DNA of 64,000 bases from Marsupella aquatica (taxonomy: Eukaryota > Plantae > Marchantiophyta). Position 1 is the stretch's first letter. Each line of letters starts with the position of its first letter. The notes beneath the pieces are model-generated. The model ran no database searches. It worked only from the letters and a program-made list of their open reading frames with translations, and was not told where the DNA came from. A program made the position numbers and the translations under genes. Positions 12,823 through 25,000 of the stretch are shown in pieces. Location of the stretch: the NCBI GenBank assembly GCA_973895155.1, contig OZ316892.1, forward strand, positions 7,733,251-7,797,250. The letters are read 5' to 3'.

Positions 12823-15800
12823 CTTTGGAACTCGTGAAGAAGCAGACTCTGTTCTCGAGTTTATGGCTTTCAAATCTGATGCCGACAGTGTCTCTTTTTC
12901 AGTCCCATGAAAACTTGAATCAACGTCCACCATTGCAGAGCAGTCCGGCGGAACAGCGTTCCGCGGCTTAACGAAGTCTTTCTTAAAACAATCCTCAAAA
13001 TCGAGCTTCTGCTTTGAAGATTCCAAATTGGATAACTTTTGTTTCTTCAAGCGTCGTCCCCCAAAAGGGAGTCTTAACTCCCTTAAAGTATCTACGCATT
13101 GCATGTTCGTCGCCATGTCCAAGCTCGTATTGTTAGCTGATAAATGGATGAACTCGTCTGCTTCATTGCTAAGCACATCCGGCGACCACTCTCCATCTTC
13201 TTTTCCACTAATTTCAATCCTGTTCTTCCCTTCACTATTGACCCCGTTTTCCTTCTCCATCTCTTCTCTTTCCCTTTCTTCTGCATCTTTCCTCTCCTCT
13301 TGTTTGTCTTGAGCTCCTCTCCTCTCCTTCTCTTCGGCTTCATTCTTCTCCCGCTCTTCTGCATCTTTCCTCTCCTCCTCTTGTTTGTCTTGAGCTGCTC
13401 TCATTTCCTTCTCTTCGGCTTCATTCTTCTCCCGCTCTTTTGCTTCTTTCCTCTTCTTATCTTCTCTTTCTCTCTCTTGTCTCTCTTCGGCTTCTTTCCT
13501 CTCCCTCTCTTCTCTTTTTCTCTCTTCTACATCTTTCCTCTCCCTCTCTTCCCTTTCCCTCTCTTCTGCTTCTTTCCTCTTCTTCTCTTCCCTTTCTCTC
13601 TCTTTTGCTTCTCTTTCTCTCTCTTCTCTCTCTTGGGCTTCTTTCCTCTCCCTCTCTTCATGTTCTCTCTCTTTTCTCTCTTTTCTCTCTTCGGCTTCTT
13701 TCCTCTCCCTCTCTTCTTTTTCTCTCTCTTCGGCTTTTTTCCTCTCACTCTCTTCATGTTCTCGCTCTTCTCTCTCTTTTCTCTCTTCGACTTCTTTCCT
13801 CTCCCTCTCTTCTTTTTCTCTCTCTTCGGCTTTTTTCCTCTCACTCTCTTCATGTTCTCGCTCTTCTCTCTCTTTTCTCTCTTCGGCTTCTTTCCTCTCC
13901 CTCTCTTCTTTTTCTCTCTCTTCGGCTTTTTTCCTCTCACTCTCTACATGTTCTCGCTCTTCTCTCTCTTTTCTCTCTTCGGCTTCTTTCCTCTCCCTCT
14001 CTTCATGTTCTCTCTCTTCTCTCTCTTGGGCTTCTTTCCTCTCCCTCTCTTCATGTTCTCTCTCTTTCCTCTCTTCTCTCTCTCTCTCTCTCAAAGAGTA
14101 TGATAAGCCACTAATGATTCCCATGGCTAAGGATCATGATCTCATCATATGTGGGTAGGTCCCATGACATGCACTACGGACATATACCCCCCGTCACCTG
14201 ATACAGGGACAAAGTTAAAACTAAAATCCAGAATAACCAGGAGATAATCATCCGGCCACCAGAGCCATTGATTTATTCCCAAAACATCTGGGCCACACAA
14301 AACAACCAGATACCAAAGCCCATGACCTAAAAAGCAAGCCAAGATAGCGGCGCTACCAAGTCCAGCTATCCAGCCACAGAGCTTACATTTCTCTGAAAAC
14401 ACTCGATAGGTGAAGAAGCACACACCCTGTGGGGAGCATAGGCTGACATGCATGGCAGAGTAAGAGCCAGGACACACTGCACTAGCAAGAAGATCGTGGG
14501 ACCAGCAGCGAAGGCCAAGGATCAGGGACTGCTGAGGCAACACAGTGACACACAGCCTCTCGTGGCTCAATGGGAACCCCACCAAATCAGGTGCTAAGCT
14601 CACATTTTTTTACAGCAGATGTTGCTCCTTCTTTTCTATTCCGTTCACGACATATTGGTATGCATAAATGTGATGTTGGAGTTAATAATAAAAAGGAATG
14701 TCATAACAAGGCTTGGGAGACTCGACTTTTTCCGGCCCATGTCTCCCCGCAGCCGTCTAGACATCGCTGCAGAAACATGGGACTAGAAATTGTGCCTATT
14801 AAAGCACAATCTCGATCCAATGGCGGGGGCTGAACGAAGACATTGGAATTGTGAATGGAAACAGTCCGTCCATTCCCGGTAAAAGAATATGGTCCATGCT
14901 CAATGCTGTGGACACAGCGTTTGAGTACAACTGTCACCAAGCAGAGCTCAACATCGAAAGATACTCAGCTTTATAGACCTAGTTGTTTTGAAAATGGACA
15001 GTTTATAAATAAGAGTCGTTATACAAAATCAGCATGTCTGACTTCCATGGTTAATAGACGTTTGCAGTACCGAAAACTAGATGTGTGAATTATGTGTGAA
15101 TGTATGATCGATACTCTGCATATGATTGAATGTTGAATCAAGGAATGGCCAATAGAGAACAATAGGACCTGCTTTAATGTAGGATGTAATATATCTATGG
15201 ATATCTAAATATAATATCTCTCTTCGGCTTCTTTCCTCTCCCTCTCTTCTTTTTCTCTCTCTTCTCTCTCTTTTCTCTCTTCGGCTTCTTTCCTCTCCCT
15301 CTTTTTTTTTCTCTCTCTTCTCTCTCTTTTCCCTTGTCTTCCTTTCCCTTGTCTTCCTTTCCCTTGTCCTCCTTCCCCTCGTCTTCCTCCTTCTCGTGCT
15401 CTTCCTCCTCTTGTTTCCCTTCATCTTGATCTTCGTCATCTTTTTTTTCCTTCCGTTCTTCCTCTTCCTTCTCATCATCTTCGTCGTCTTCATCCCCCTC
15501 GTGCTCCTCGTCATCTTTCTTTTGCTTTCGTTCACCATCTTCCCTCTCCTTCTCCTCTCGATCCTTTCTCTCTTCTTCCTCCTCCTTATCTTTCTCCTCC
15601 CTTTCCTTCCTCTCCCTTTCCTCTCTCTCCTTTTTCTCTTCTTGCTCCACTTTCTCCCACCGTTCCTTTTTCTGTCGTTCCTTCCTCTCCAACTCTTCAC
15701 TTTCCTTTTTAAATTTTTTTGACACGTATACTTTTTTTCTTCTTTTTTCCCTGAAGTTTCGCCATCATCAACATTCTTTTTTGATTCTGAGGCAGACTTC

Positions 15801-16260
15801 AAGTCAAATTTGAGTTTTTTTGCTGCAAGCTCAAGCTCTTTCTCTAACTCTACCTTCTTTTTCCTCAACACTTTGGCTTCTCTTTCCCGACTTTCAGAAT
15901 CCTCTGAATCTCCTACTGACTTTCCGCTCTCCCCACCTGGTGACCAACCCTCATTCCCAAAATCTGCATTCACTGATTCGCTCTCGAAATCCCCATCAGA
16001 ATGTAAATTGCTTCCTTCACAATCACATCTGGATTTGGAACGTTGTTCTCCCCTTTGCGAGAGAGTCATTCTCGTCGTCATCGTCGTTCTCGTCATCATC
16101 ACCATCATCATCGTCACGTGCCTCTTCCTCGCGTTTGGATTTCTCATTCTCCTTATCTTGGTCTTTCTCATCACCTGACTCCAATTCCTCATTGTGGTAA
16201 CCGAGTCTCTTCAATGGACTAGGTAATCTCTTGCTTGAATGCGTCTAAGGGTCAACACCT
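12823..16260 (-). pseudogene. Acidic and E/K/R-rich coiled-coil linker exon(s) of the cargo gene, with frameshifts and a 1.1-kb insertion
   Basis: ORFs 16023-16214, 15077-16192, 15195-15725 and 12808-14124 form one low-complexity reading path with ERKEAEER repeats. It ends at donor AAG|GTACAA, in phase with the Ulp1 exon. Confidence 0.7.
14093..15216. other. 1.1-kb foreign insertion inside the (CT)n-rich coding repeat
   Basis: Composition changes abruptly, and the E/K repeat resumes on both sides (TCTCTC|AAAGAG ... ATAATA|TCTCTC). Confidence 0.6.
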
Positions 16261-16336
16261 AATATCACCCAATTCCATTTGTAGGTAAGTTCAAAATCAT
16301 TTTAATTAACAAAACCAGCAAGTCCTACTAAGCGAG

Positions 16337-16710
16337 CGGAACACCGTTCCGTCCGCAAATCTGAATAAGCTCGCGGAACACCGTTCCGTCCGCATATCCG
16401 ACTAAACGCACGAAACACCATTCCGTTCGCAAATCTGACTAATCGCGCCGAACACCGTTCTGTCCAAAAATCCAACTTAGCAAATCCTACTCAGCACGTG
16501 CAAAACCTTTCCGTTCAAAAATCTGGGTAAGCGCGCGGAACACCGTTCCATCCGCAAATTTAGTGTAGCCTTGCGGAACAGCGTTCCGTGGGCAAATCCG
16601 ACTAAGCGCGTGGCAAACCCATACCGTCAACAAAGACTTCGGAAGAACCCCGCGGAACACTGTTCTGTCCGCAAATTTAGTGTAGCCCCACAGAACATAG
16701 TGCCGTCGGC
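16337..16710. repeat. Intronic tandem array of about 9-10 units of about 37-40 bp, each built on the palindrome CGGAACACCGTTCCG
   Basis: Unit is approximately CGGAACACCGTTCCGTCCGCAAATCYGACTAAGCGCG, with copies at 16337, 16374, 16411, 16448, 16536, 16574, 16653 and 16691. It lies 3-prime of donor GCG|GTACGT at about 16776. Confidence 0.85.
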
Positions 16711-16776
16711 AAATATCTAACTCCAATGGCATGATCACATATACACAAAATCAACTTTAACTTTAAAAACACGTAC

Positions 16777-19700
16777 CGCCAAGAGGTCCTGATGGAAGGA
16801 TCTGAGGAAGGGAGTAGAGAAGGCAATCATCATCGTTATCAGGCCGCTCTTGTAACCCATACTCCTTGATGACATGCTCTATTTGATGATCCGTGAGTTG
16901 ATAGCTCTCATTGAGGATGTCAAGGATATCGTCCCTCACTTCAAAAATTGACTTCTTCTTCAAAATCTTTCTCCGGAGGAGGTTTTCAAATGTCTCACGC
17001 TTCGGACATTTTGGCTCTTCGAACGATGGATACAATGCGTTGAAGTAGTCAGACAAGAGGTCGTGGCTCTCGACAGGGCAAAAACTTGTCACAAATATAG
17101 AATTCCCCTATGTGAGAGAATCAATTGTGTTCATTAGTCATCAAATTGAGTTTAAACTTGCGAGAAACATGTAAATTTAAATAAATTCAGAAATCACACT
17201 TACCATTAAACATTCGATGAGACGACGATTGTCACCAAAACAAACAACGGAATCACCAGAGGATAGAAATAGTTTCACAAGATATGAAAAATATGTGGCA
17301 GTTTTCTTGTCGCTGAGACTCTCCGCGACGTCGACTTTGTCATAATTTGCAAGCTTCCCCCTCAAGGAGTCTCTCAAAGATGACTCCTTTTCTTCAGGAA
17401 GCGTCGAAGCCACAAATGCTTCATCAAACAAGGAATACAAGACATATTGTGTTCTTCGGCCTTCTGCTTCTAGCAAGATGTCATTTTTGTCTTTTTCGGA
17501 GCTCCGAAAAGTGATTTGGGCGGGGAGACATATGTATTTCTTTGTTGGAGTGATGCCTTGCATGACGTTGATAATCTCCAAAGGGTTGACTATCAGCACA
17601 ACTTTATGTCGCACAGCTCCAATAGTAGAAGTTGCTTGGAAAAACTGATGATAGAAATGATGGTCGTATGGACCATACTCAGATGTCCTCGTCGAATCAA
17701 AATAGAAAAGGTCCACTGGTGTATTCTCATAGGTTTGGGACAAACCATCAAAAAAGTTCTTTCCTCCAAACCCTTCAATCGATTGCAAATGAAACAAAAC
17801 ATTTTTTTCACCACAAGCAAATTTCTGTTTCGGTCGACAGATCTTGAAATTGAGTCGACCAAACCTTTGAAAGAAGCCGGAATAAGATAGATCAGTTCTG
17901 CCCAATTCATGTTGTTGAGCCTTCCAGATTGATATAGGCCAGGAGGTAGCAACTCCCTTAGCATATGCATCCGCTGCCCATCAATATGGAAAAAGCTGCA
18001 AACATCAGCAACCTTCTCCTTCCTCTCATCTTTGCTCAAAATGCAGAATTCGTTGATTTTGCTTCTCTCAGTGAACTCCAACAAAAATATGCATTCAAAA
18101 ATATGCTTATTCATTTTCTCGAGGCAAAACTCCTCAAGTGACCTCCACCCTTCCATTTGAACAGGGTCATAATTCTTGTCATTTGTCCTATTTGGGAAGA
18201 GCAACACCTTCTCTCTCGAAATCAAATACTTTGCCAGCTTTTTCAGATCTCGATCTTCAAGACCTTGCATATGCCGGAAAAACCTTCTCCGGAGATGCCA
18301 CATTGTTCTATCCTGATATGGCTTTGCTATGTGTTGGAGAACTTTATTTGAGTGGATGAGCAGACCATCTTCTGAGAGACATTGTCAAACTTCCATCTAG
18401 AGCTCAAATGTGTCGTCCTTCATCTCAAACAAAAACGGTGCCATCTCGATGAATCTCATGTTTCCATTGACCATCACAGCTGTTGGGTACGCAATATGGG
18501 CCGCTGCACAAAATGGCTGCAAATGTAGAAAGTTAGAAAGATAATAATAATGAAGATCTCAGGATCCCACGGAACATTGTTCCGCGGCTCGAGCTCTTTC
18601 AATTATTTATCAAATGACCCAAGTCAAAGAAAAATTAACATACCTTCCACATTGAATTTGCTTTTTGTCCGCTCAATGATGGTGGTCTCCCGGCCGACAC
18701 CCATATTTTCCTGACTTGCTTTGCCATCAGAAGAAACTGACTTTCTGGCATTGTTGCCTTGTTCATGTTGTTCAAAGCTTGTGAGAGGCCCATAATCTTC
18801 GTATTCCCAACGAGATTGAACGGTGTCCAGAAGAGAGAGGCTGTCACCATGAGGAGTTCCTCTTTTTTTTTTGAATCAAATTTTGGATCGGAAATCAGCA
18901 ATTTGTAAGCCTCAATCGTATGATGTCCTCCAATTATCCAGAAGTAGCAGTTCTTCACATCTTCAAGTGTTGGTCAAGACTTGAAGGGAGCTCCATTGTA
19001 GAATGGATCTTTCTCAGCTTTGCTTGCATCCCACTGGACTGGAACGAGGTAGACTCGAGTCTTCTCAAGTGCAAGGGAAGAATGACCCATCATTGAGCCC
19101 TTCAGAACTTCACAGTATTTCCGATCAAAGACTCGGCATTTGTAGTCATCGGGTCCTAATTTACATCGAAGTGTTGCCAGCTCAAAGGATTTTCCTTCAA
19201 ACAAAGTCACTGATTTATATTCATTCAGAAGATTACTAAACATTTCCTTTGCGTTCTTGTCGTTAACTTCCTCTGGCAGATTTCTCGGACGGATCTCCCC
19301 TTTTCTCCCTACGATGAAGTCTCGAACAAAATCTTCCTTACTCCACTCAAAAATACTCGTGAAGTAGAAGGTAAGAGTATCTCGCGGAAACTACTTCTGG
19401 TGTTATTGGAAAACGGATGTCTTCATTGAGTAGTCGGTGGGAAGTGAAATCTCTGTACTTCTTTGTCTTTTCCAACTCCACGTCAATCCCTGCTTGGTCA
19501 AACTTGTTGTACTCTGGGAGCCTCAAGCAAACAACAATTTTGGGTTGCTCCTCAATATCTTCCAGCAAAAGGCAGAGACACTCTTGATACTTGGCAAGAC
19601 CAAGGTTTCGTTTGAAGAATGAACCGACTATCTTGTGGTCGGCTATTATGGAGAGTGACTCCGTCTCGACACAAAGAAAAAGGCATCCCCCATACCAAAC

Positions 19701-19869
19701 CACCCCCCATCTCTGACATTTCTCCATCTTCAAGGGATGGACTGATTTTGACTCGTCACAAAAAACCTTTGGAATCAACGTCACGACGAGTCACCTTCCA
19801 AACTTTATTCCTTCGGGGTGTTTTGGACTGAGCCTTTCTTTTTGACGATGAAGTCATTGTGGAATCCAT
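16777..19869 (-). pseudogene. Multi-exon cargo gene: ParB-like N-terminal domain followed by a degenerate beta-class N6/N4 DNA-methyltransferase-like region; stops and frameshifts
   Basis: ATG at 19869. The ORFs chain through homopolymer frameshifts, an in-frame TGA at 18974 and GT-AG introns (about 18518-18643 and about 17109-17203). Motifs YFWIIGGHHTIEAYK, VDLFYFDS and YLVKLFLSSGDSVVCFGD. Domain calls are by eye. Confidence 0.55.
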
Positions 19870-20014
19870 TTGCACAAAAAAACGATTAGGAGAGTCATGC
19901 TTGTCAACTGGCGGAACACTGTTCCGTCTTCTAAGGAGTTAATAGAACAATATCCCAAAATGTCATCCGCGCATTTTATTGAAAAAATTTGGAATACATC
20001 AAGTCCTTGAGTAC

Positions 20015-20557
20015 TCATTTTGGTAGGACCTGGAATCTCTTCTGGACTACTTCCCTCTCCTCAACATCTAAACTTTCCCACAACAACCAGAATAAGCAAC
20101 TGTCCAACGGAAGAAGTGATCCAAGTATCTCAATATTTGGAAACTCGTAGAGGTTGTCTCTAAAGATGTGTAGCAGATGGCGCGATATTAAAAGGTTGGC
20201 TTCTGGAATGGTAGAAAGTTCATCGTTGATCTTCTCTATTTTCTCGTTTGCTTCTATCAGAGCAAACCAAAATTTTGTATGTTTTACTAAAAATTGCCAC
20301 TTCTTGTTGCATGACGCAAGTCTGATCATGGCAGTCGTCCTCGAGACAAATGATTCTTGATCAAGTCCTCCGCATTGAAGACTGTGATCCATCAAAAGAG
20401 GCCAAATTTTGTCAATCACCAAACTGTCTGGCAGACCTTGCATGTACAGAGAATCGGGATTGAGCCTTTGTCTTTCAAATTTTGCCACTTTCTCAAGATC
20501 TTTGAGTAAATCGCAAACCTTCTCAACCTGCACGGCTCTGCTAGAGACTTCGTCCAT
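20015..20557 (-). CDS. F-box-like protein, transposon cargo
   Basis: GLPDSLVIDKIWPLL ... MIRLASCNKKWQFLV fits the F-box pattern LP-x-I-x-L ... l-rl--v-k-W--l. Confidence 0.55.
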   Translation of the reverse strand: MDEVSSRAVQVEKVCDLLKDLEKVAKFERQRLNPDSLYMQGLPDSLVIDKIWPLLMDHSLQCGGLDQESFVSRTTAMIRLASCNKKWQFLVKHTKFWFALIEANEKIEKINDELSTIPEANLLISRHLLHIFRDNLYEFPNIEILGSLLPLDSCLFWLLWESLDVEEREVVQKRFQVLPK

Positions 20558-20587
20558 CCTGTCGGATTGATCAAACGGAACTTATTA

Positions 20588-21144
20588 TTAGCAAATTCTA
20601 TCTAGATTTGAAGCCATTCTCAAGATATCCGGTTTTGTAACAGAGTAGAGTAAAATCCCATTTTTTGATGGGATACAGGAGGTCATATGCCTTCGTGAAT
20701 GTTTCTTGAAGGTTCTTGGGCATCGATCCCAAAAATTTAATTTCTGGATACTTTCGATAGAAGCTATAGGTAGTTTGTTCGAGAAGAGGAGCAGGAATGA
20801 AATCAATGGGAAACTTGACTTCTGTGGGGTTGAAAGTCTAAAATAGTCATCTTGAGGACACCCATGATATACGTATTATTTATCAAGTGGCGCCATCTGC
20901 GAGAGATAGACCTCATCAAAATCAATGAATTCAATTCTGAATCCGAGAATGAACTTTGGTCTACCAAGGTATTAAAATATCCTAGACATATATTCCAGAT
21001 TAACTGCTCCACGAGTTCGTTGGGAAGCCTTGGAAGTAGACTTTTTCCCAAGAGATCGTATTCTTGCGTAAGAGAACACTGGAGTGCGATATATCTGTCA
21101 AATGTTGGGCGAAACTTATTGAAACACTTAACGCCTTTTTTCAT
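20588..21144 (-). CDS. Second F-box-like protein (ORF 20803-21144, probably continuing by frameshift into 20588-20806)
   Basis: LLPRLPNELVEQLIWNI ... LILMRSISRRWRHLI. Confidence 0.55.
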
Positions 21145-21230
21145 CGTGTCTGCAATCGCATGAGATTTGTATGAAAGTCAGAGTTTTTTCGCCTTGTCTA
21201 ACAAACTAATATCTTACATTCTATGTCCGA

Positions 21231-21975
21231 CGGAACACTGTTCCACAGGGTGATTGGGTTGGTTTGGGCGGAAGACTTGTGATTGGTGATTGCCTTGGTT
21301 CGGGCGGAAGACTTCTCCATTGAGAGCTATGCTATTGCGGACTCTAAAACGGATAGTACATTCGAGCAGGTGGAACAGCGTTCCGCAAGGTATTCCAGTT
21401 AGATTCACCTTGGGAGGAACCCTCTTGATTCCTGGCCCCCATTGAATTTCAGAGGAGGCGGAAGGGCATTCGAGTGGGTGGACCACTTAGATTCACCTTG
21501 AGCGGAAGACTTTTCCCTACTGGGCGGAACTCAATTTCAGAGCCGGCGGAACACCGTTCCGTCGGGTGTTCAACTGAGGATCTGCGTGGGGTCAACCGTT
21601 TTCTTTCTTGAGCTGGATTGAATTTCAAAGGAGCCGGAACAGCGTTCCGCCTGATGTTTGACGAAGGTTCACCCAAGGCGGAACAACATTCCGATATATA
21701 TATTCTCTCAAAGAGGTTTCAGAGCAGGTGGAATAGCGTTCCGCCTGATCTTGGACGAAGGTTCAAACTGGGCGGAATAACATTCCGTCATATATATTCT
21801 CTAAAAGAGGTTTGAGAGCAGGCAAAACACCGTTCCGTGGGGATTTTTTGACCCCGTCAATCAGCGAGACACCAAAAGTATGTTGTTCGGTGTGTGACGG
21901 GGTTTCACAACGGGTGGAACACTGTGCCGTGGGGTGTGCAACGTCGTTCAAGAGCACGCGGGACACCGTTCGGTG
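21231..21975. promoter_or_regulatory. Cluster of about 10 CGGAAC-nnn-GTTCCG palindromes upstream of the minus-strand cargo genes
   Basis: Copies at about 21231, 21371, 21547, 21635, 21679, 21730, 21773, 21823, 21915 and 21959. A regulatory function is inferred. Confidence 0.6.
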
Positions 21976-22099
21976 GAATAAGTGGATCCCATCAAGAAGG
22001 AGAAGACTGATGAAGAGGATCTGAGATTCTACGAAAGATAATCTAAACCCAAAATTATATTCGTACAAGAAAGCACGGGATTCGTTTAATGCATCAAAT

Positions 22100-25000
22100 C
22101 AATGACTGGTTCCTAAAAGAGAGATTGGATTGTCACCTGAATCCGCAAACGATATAGTGTGAGATCTTTGTGAGTGATTGATGAAAGAGAGGCCTGCACC
22201 TGAATGAGGAAACCTAGCATTACTTAAAACATCCATTAACATCCACTGAGACTGAATTGTCATAAGAACTATCACTAGCAGACTGAAGCAGCTGGAAACT
22301 ACAAGCCCTAAAACAAGAAGCCATGAAAAGACCTCTTCAAGTGTTCAAACATGTACAGTAGAACATACACAAAGTGGACAATTGAAGTTACAGGATAAAT
22401 CTGACATTACCAATCTCAGGAGAAGGAGCTGTCAAGCAGGAGGAGTTGATCACCTGAAGCTGTTGATGCCCTAAACCAGTCGATGAGCTGAATCAGTTGA
22501 TGATCTGAGGAGCTGAAGTAGTTGGACAATCAAGAAGAGAATGAGTAGCTCAACTAACCAGAGAACTGAGGAGCAGCAGGAGAGCAACAGCAGCACAGTT
22601 CGAGCAGAAGTACGAGCAATAGTAGCAAAGCGAGAGTAGACCTAAAGCACAAATGGAATGAGTGAGCAATGAGCGTGAGCGAGTGCCCGGATGAGCGAAT
22701 GAATGATCAAGCAAGTGAGGTATCAAGGGAGGAATGAGCGGGGAGGAGGAGCGAGTGATTGAGCGCAAACAAATCAAGCGAGTGATCGAGCGAGAGAGAG
22801 AGCGCAAGCAAGAGAGCGAGAGAGTGAGCGCAAGCGAGAGAGCGAGAGAGCAAGAGGGAGAGCGCGAGTGAGAGAGCGAGAGAGCGAGAGGGAGAGCGTG
22901 AGCGAGGGAGTGAGAAGTGAGAAGTGTTCTCGAGAGGGAATCCGGAAGTAACGGGTTTAGGGTTAGTGAGAAGCGCAATTAAGTGGTGCCTCTAAGTGAG
23001 TCCTTGAGGCATGTGTTAGGGCACCCCTAAACTAGATTAGGAAATACATCATGGAGGAGGGATTTGGACCCCTCATATAGGCCCTCCAATCTCCAAATAA
23101 GTTGGTGCAAATAGCATGGATCCAAAATGGTACATACTCCTTATAAAAGGACCCTTGAGAATGGTTACAAAGTAATTGAACTAAAACTAAGTATTACTGT
23201 ATGTTAGTAAGTGGATACCCTATAACATCCATAAATATCATTCAGACATTGTGTATATAATGAGGCCCATGCATGGCCATTGACATGTTCAGCATTAGTC
23301 CATGATTATTTTGCAGTTGTGGGCAAGGCTCCATCCTCACTTTAGCCTAACGGTTATTCTTACAAACGACAACATCTATGGAGTGTCTATTGATACCAAA
23401 TTTTTTGCAAGAAACCAATCTTGTTTTGTAATAGTAGTCACACTATTTGGTATTAATGGAATTGGTTACATTTTTGGACAATAGCATGGACAAAACATAC
23501 ATTAAATTGAGAGTCAGAGCCCAGGCAACTAATTTACACTAATTTACAACACTCAGGCCCTCCAACTGCTTTGCCTATTTAAACAACTCATAGGTGGTGT
23601 CAACCACATAAATCAGTTATCATTAATAAAACATTTTAGTTAGAGAGAGAGAAACTCTTACAAACAACTTTGAATCAGATTGAGTGGATTAAATAATTGT
23701 CACTCTCCAATAACTGTTAGTAGAATATGTAACTCTCCCCACAAATCGTAGAACTACAAACTTATACACTAATATTAGAGTCCAATAAATATAATTTCAT
23801 GCAACTTCAAACCATTCAAGTGCCACATCCTCCATAGCCCTAAACCACTCTTAAAAATGTCATGCTGTAGATATTTATTCGTGCCAAAGTGGTCACAAAA
23901 GCACGATCAAAAATGGCAATTGTTGGGCTTACCTAGCATTTTCATAGTTGAAGAAACACAAATGAATTCACTACTCAGAACCTAGTAAGTTAGTGGAAGT
24001 CAGCCGTAGAGTAACATATCTGTGAGTCCATAGAGTCAACAAATACAAGCTTGTCTGATATTGGGAGCACAAAGGAAGCACCGAGAGACCAGCAATAAAG
24101 ACCATAAAAATGAATGAATTACCAAAATTATCATAAATAATGGAGACGACCAACAACGCTTCCTCCATTGAAAGTGGGAAATTGTTGAGTATTGACAAAC
24201 GACCACAAAACCACTCGAGCCCCCAGCATACACGTTGAAAAAAAAGGGCCGAGTTGAGATGGACAATAGAACAGCCAGTCTCAGAAGATGTGAGAAATGG
24301 CCCTGGTCACTCCAAGAGTGGACCGAACAAGAAAGAGTGGTCATGCCAAGATTTTGAGTATTCTCCGGAACCCAACTAAACAGGACCACAGGAGCACTGA
24401 ATGGACATACTTAAATAGATAATTTCCCATCTTAGCAAGGGCTATTGAGTATAACAAAACTCATATCACACCATCACAAGGAATCTGCTTAATATGATCT
24501 TTAAGTTTTTTCAATCTTTATTACCTACTTGTGTGACATGGCTCCAACCCAGGTTAATGTCACATATGTAGAAGATGTTTACTTACTCCATGATCTCAAA
24601 CATGGCAATTGGGTACAATATTCAAAACTCATCCTTGCACTATCTGTCTTTTGTTGTGATCAAATGGTGATAAACAGTGGAAACCTAGCATAAGACATGT
24701 TGACCAACTCAATAATTTCCATACTGCACACAATGAACACAAATCAAGCAGCTCCAAAATAATCTTTAGAAGATAGATTGCATTCAGAAATTCACAAGCA
24801 TACTTAATAGAGCAAGTTCATGCCATTCATTATGCCCTCTTGAGGAGCCTAAGTAAGTGGAAACCAACAAATAGCATTCAAGAAAATCAGGAAGGTTATA
24901 AACCCACCACACATCAAAATGTGAGATGTGAACCACCATGTAGAGAGAACCAGTGGCCATGGCCCTTAGGTGTGGCATGGGTCTAATTCCTAGGGAATGG

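Noticed and set aside
13144-14114. Long plus-strand F/L/S-rich ORFs resembling membrane proteins
   Set aside because: These are antisense shadows of the GA-rich E/K/R coding repeat, which lacks stops by composition.
16337-16710. CRISPR-like array (palindromic repeats at regular spacing)
   Set aside because: The context is eukaryotic and intronic, the inter-repeat sequences are similar to each other rather than unique spacers, and there are no cas genes.
22550-22978. 142-aa S/L/R-rich ORF
   Set aside because: It is a translation of a degenerate GA microsatellite with no domain signal.
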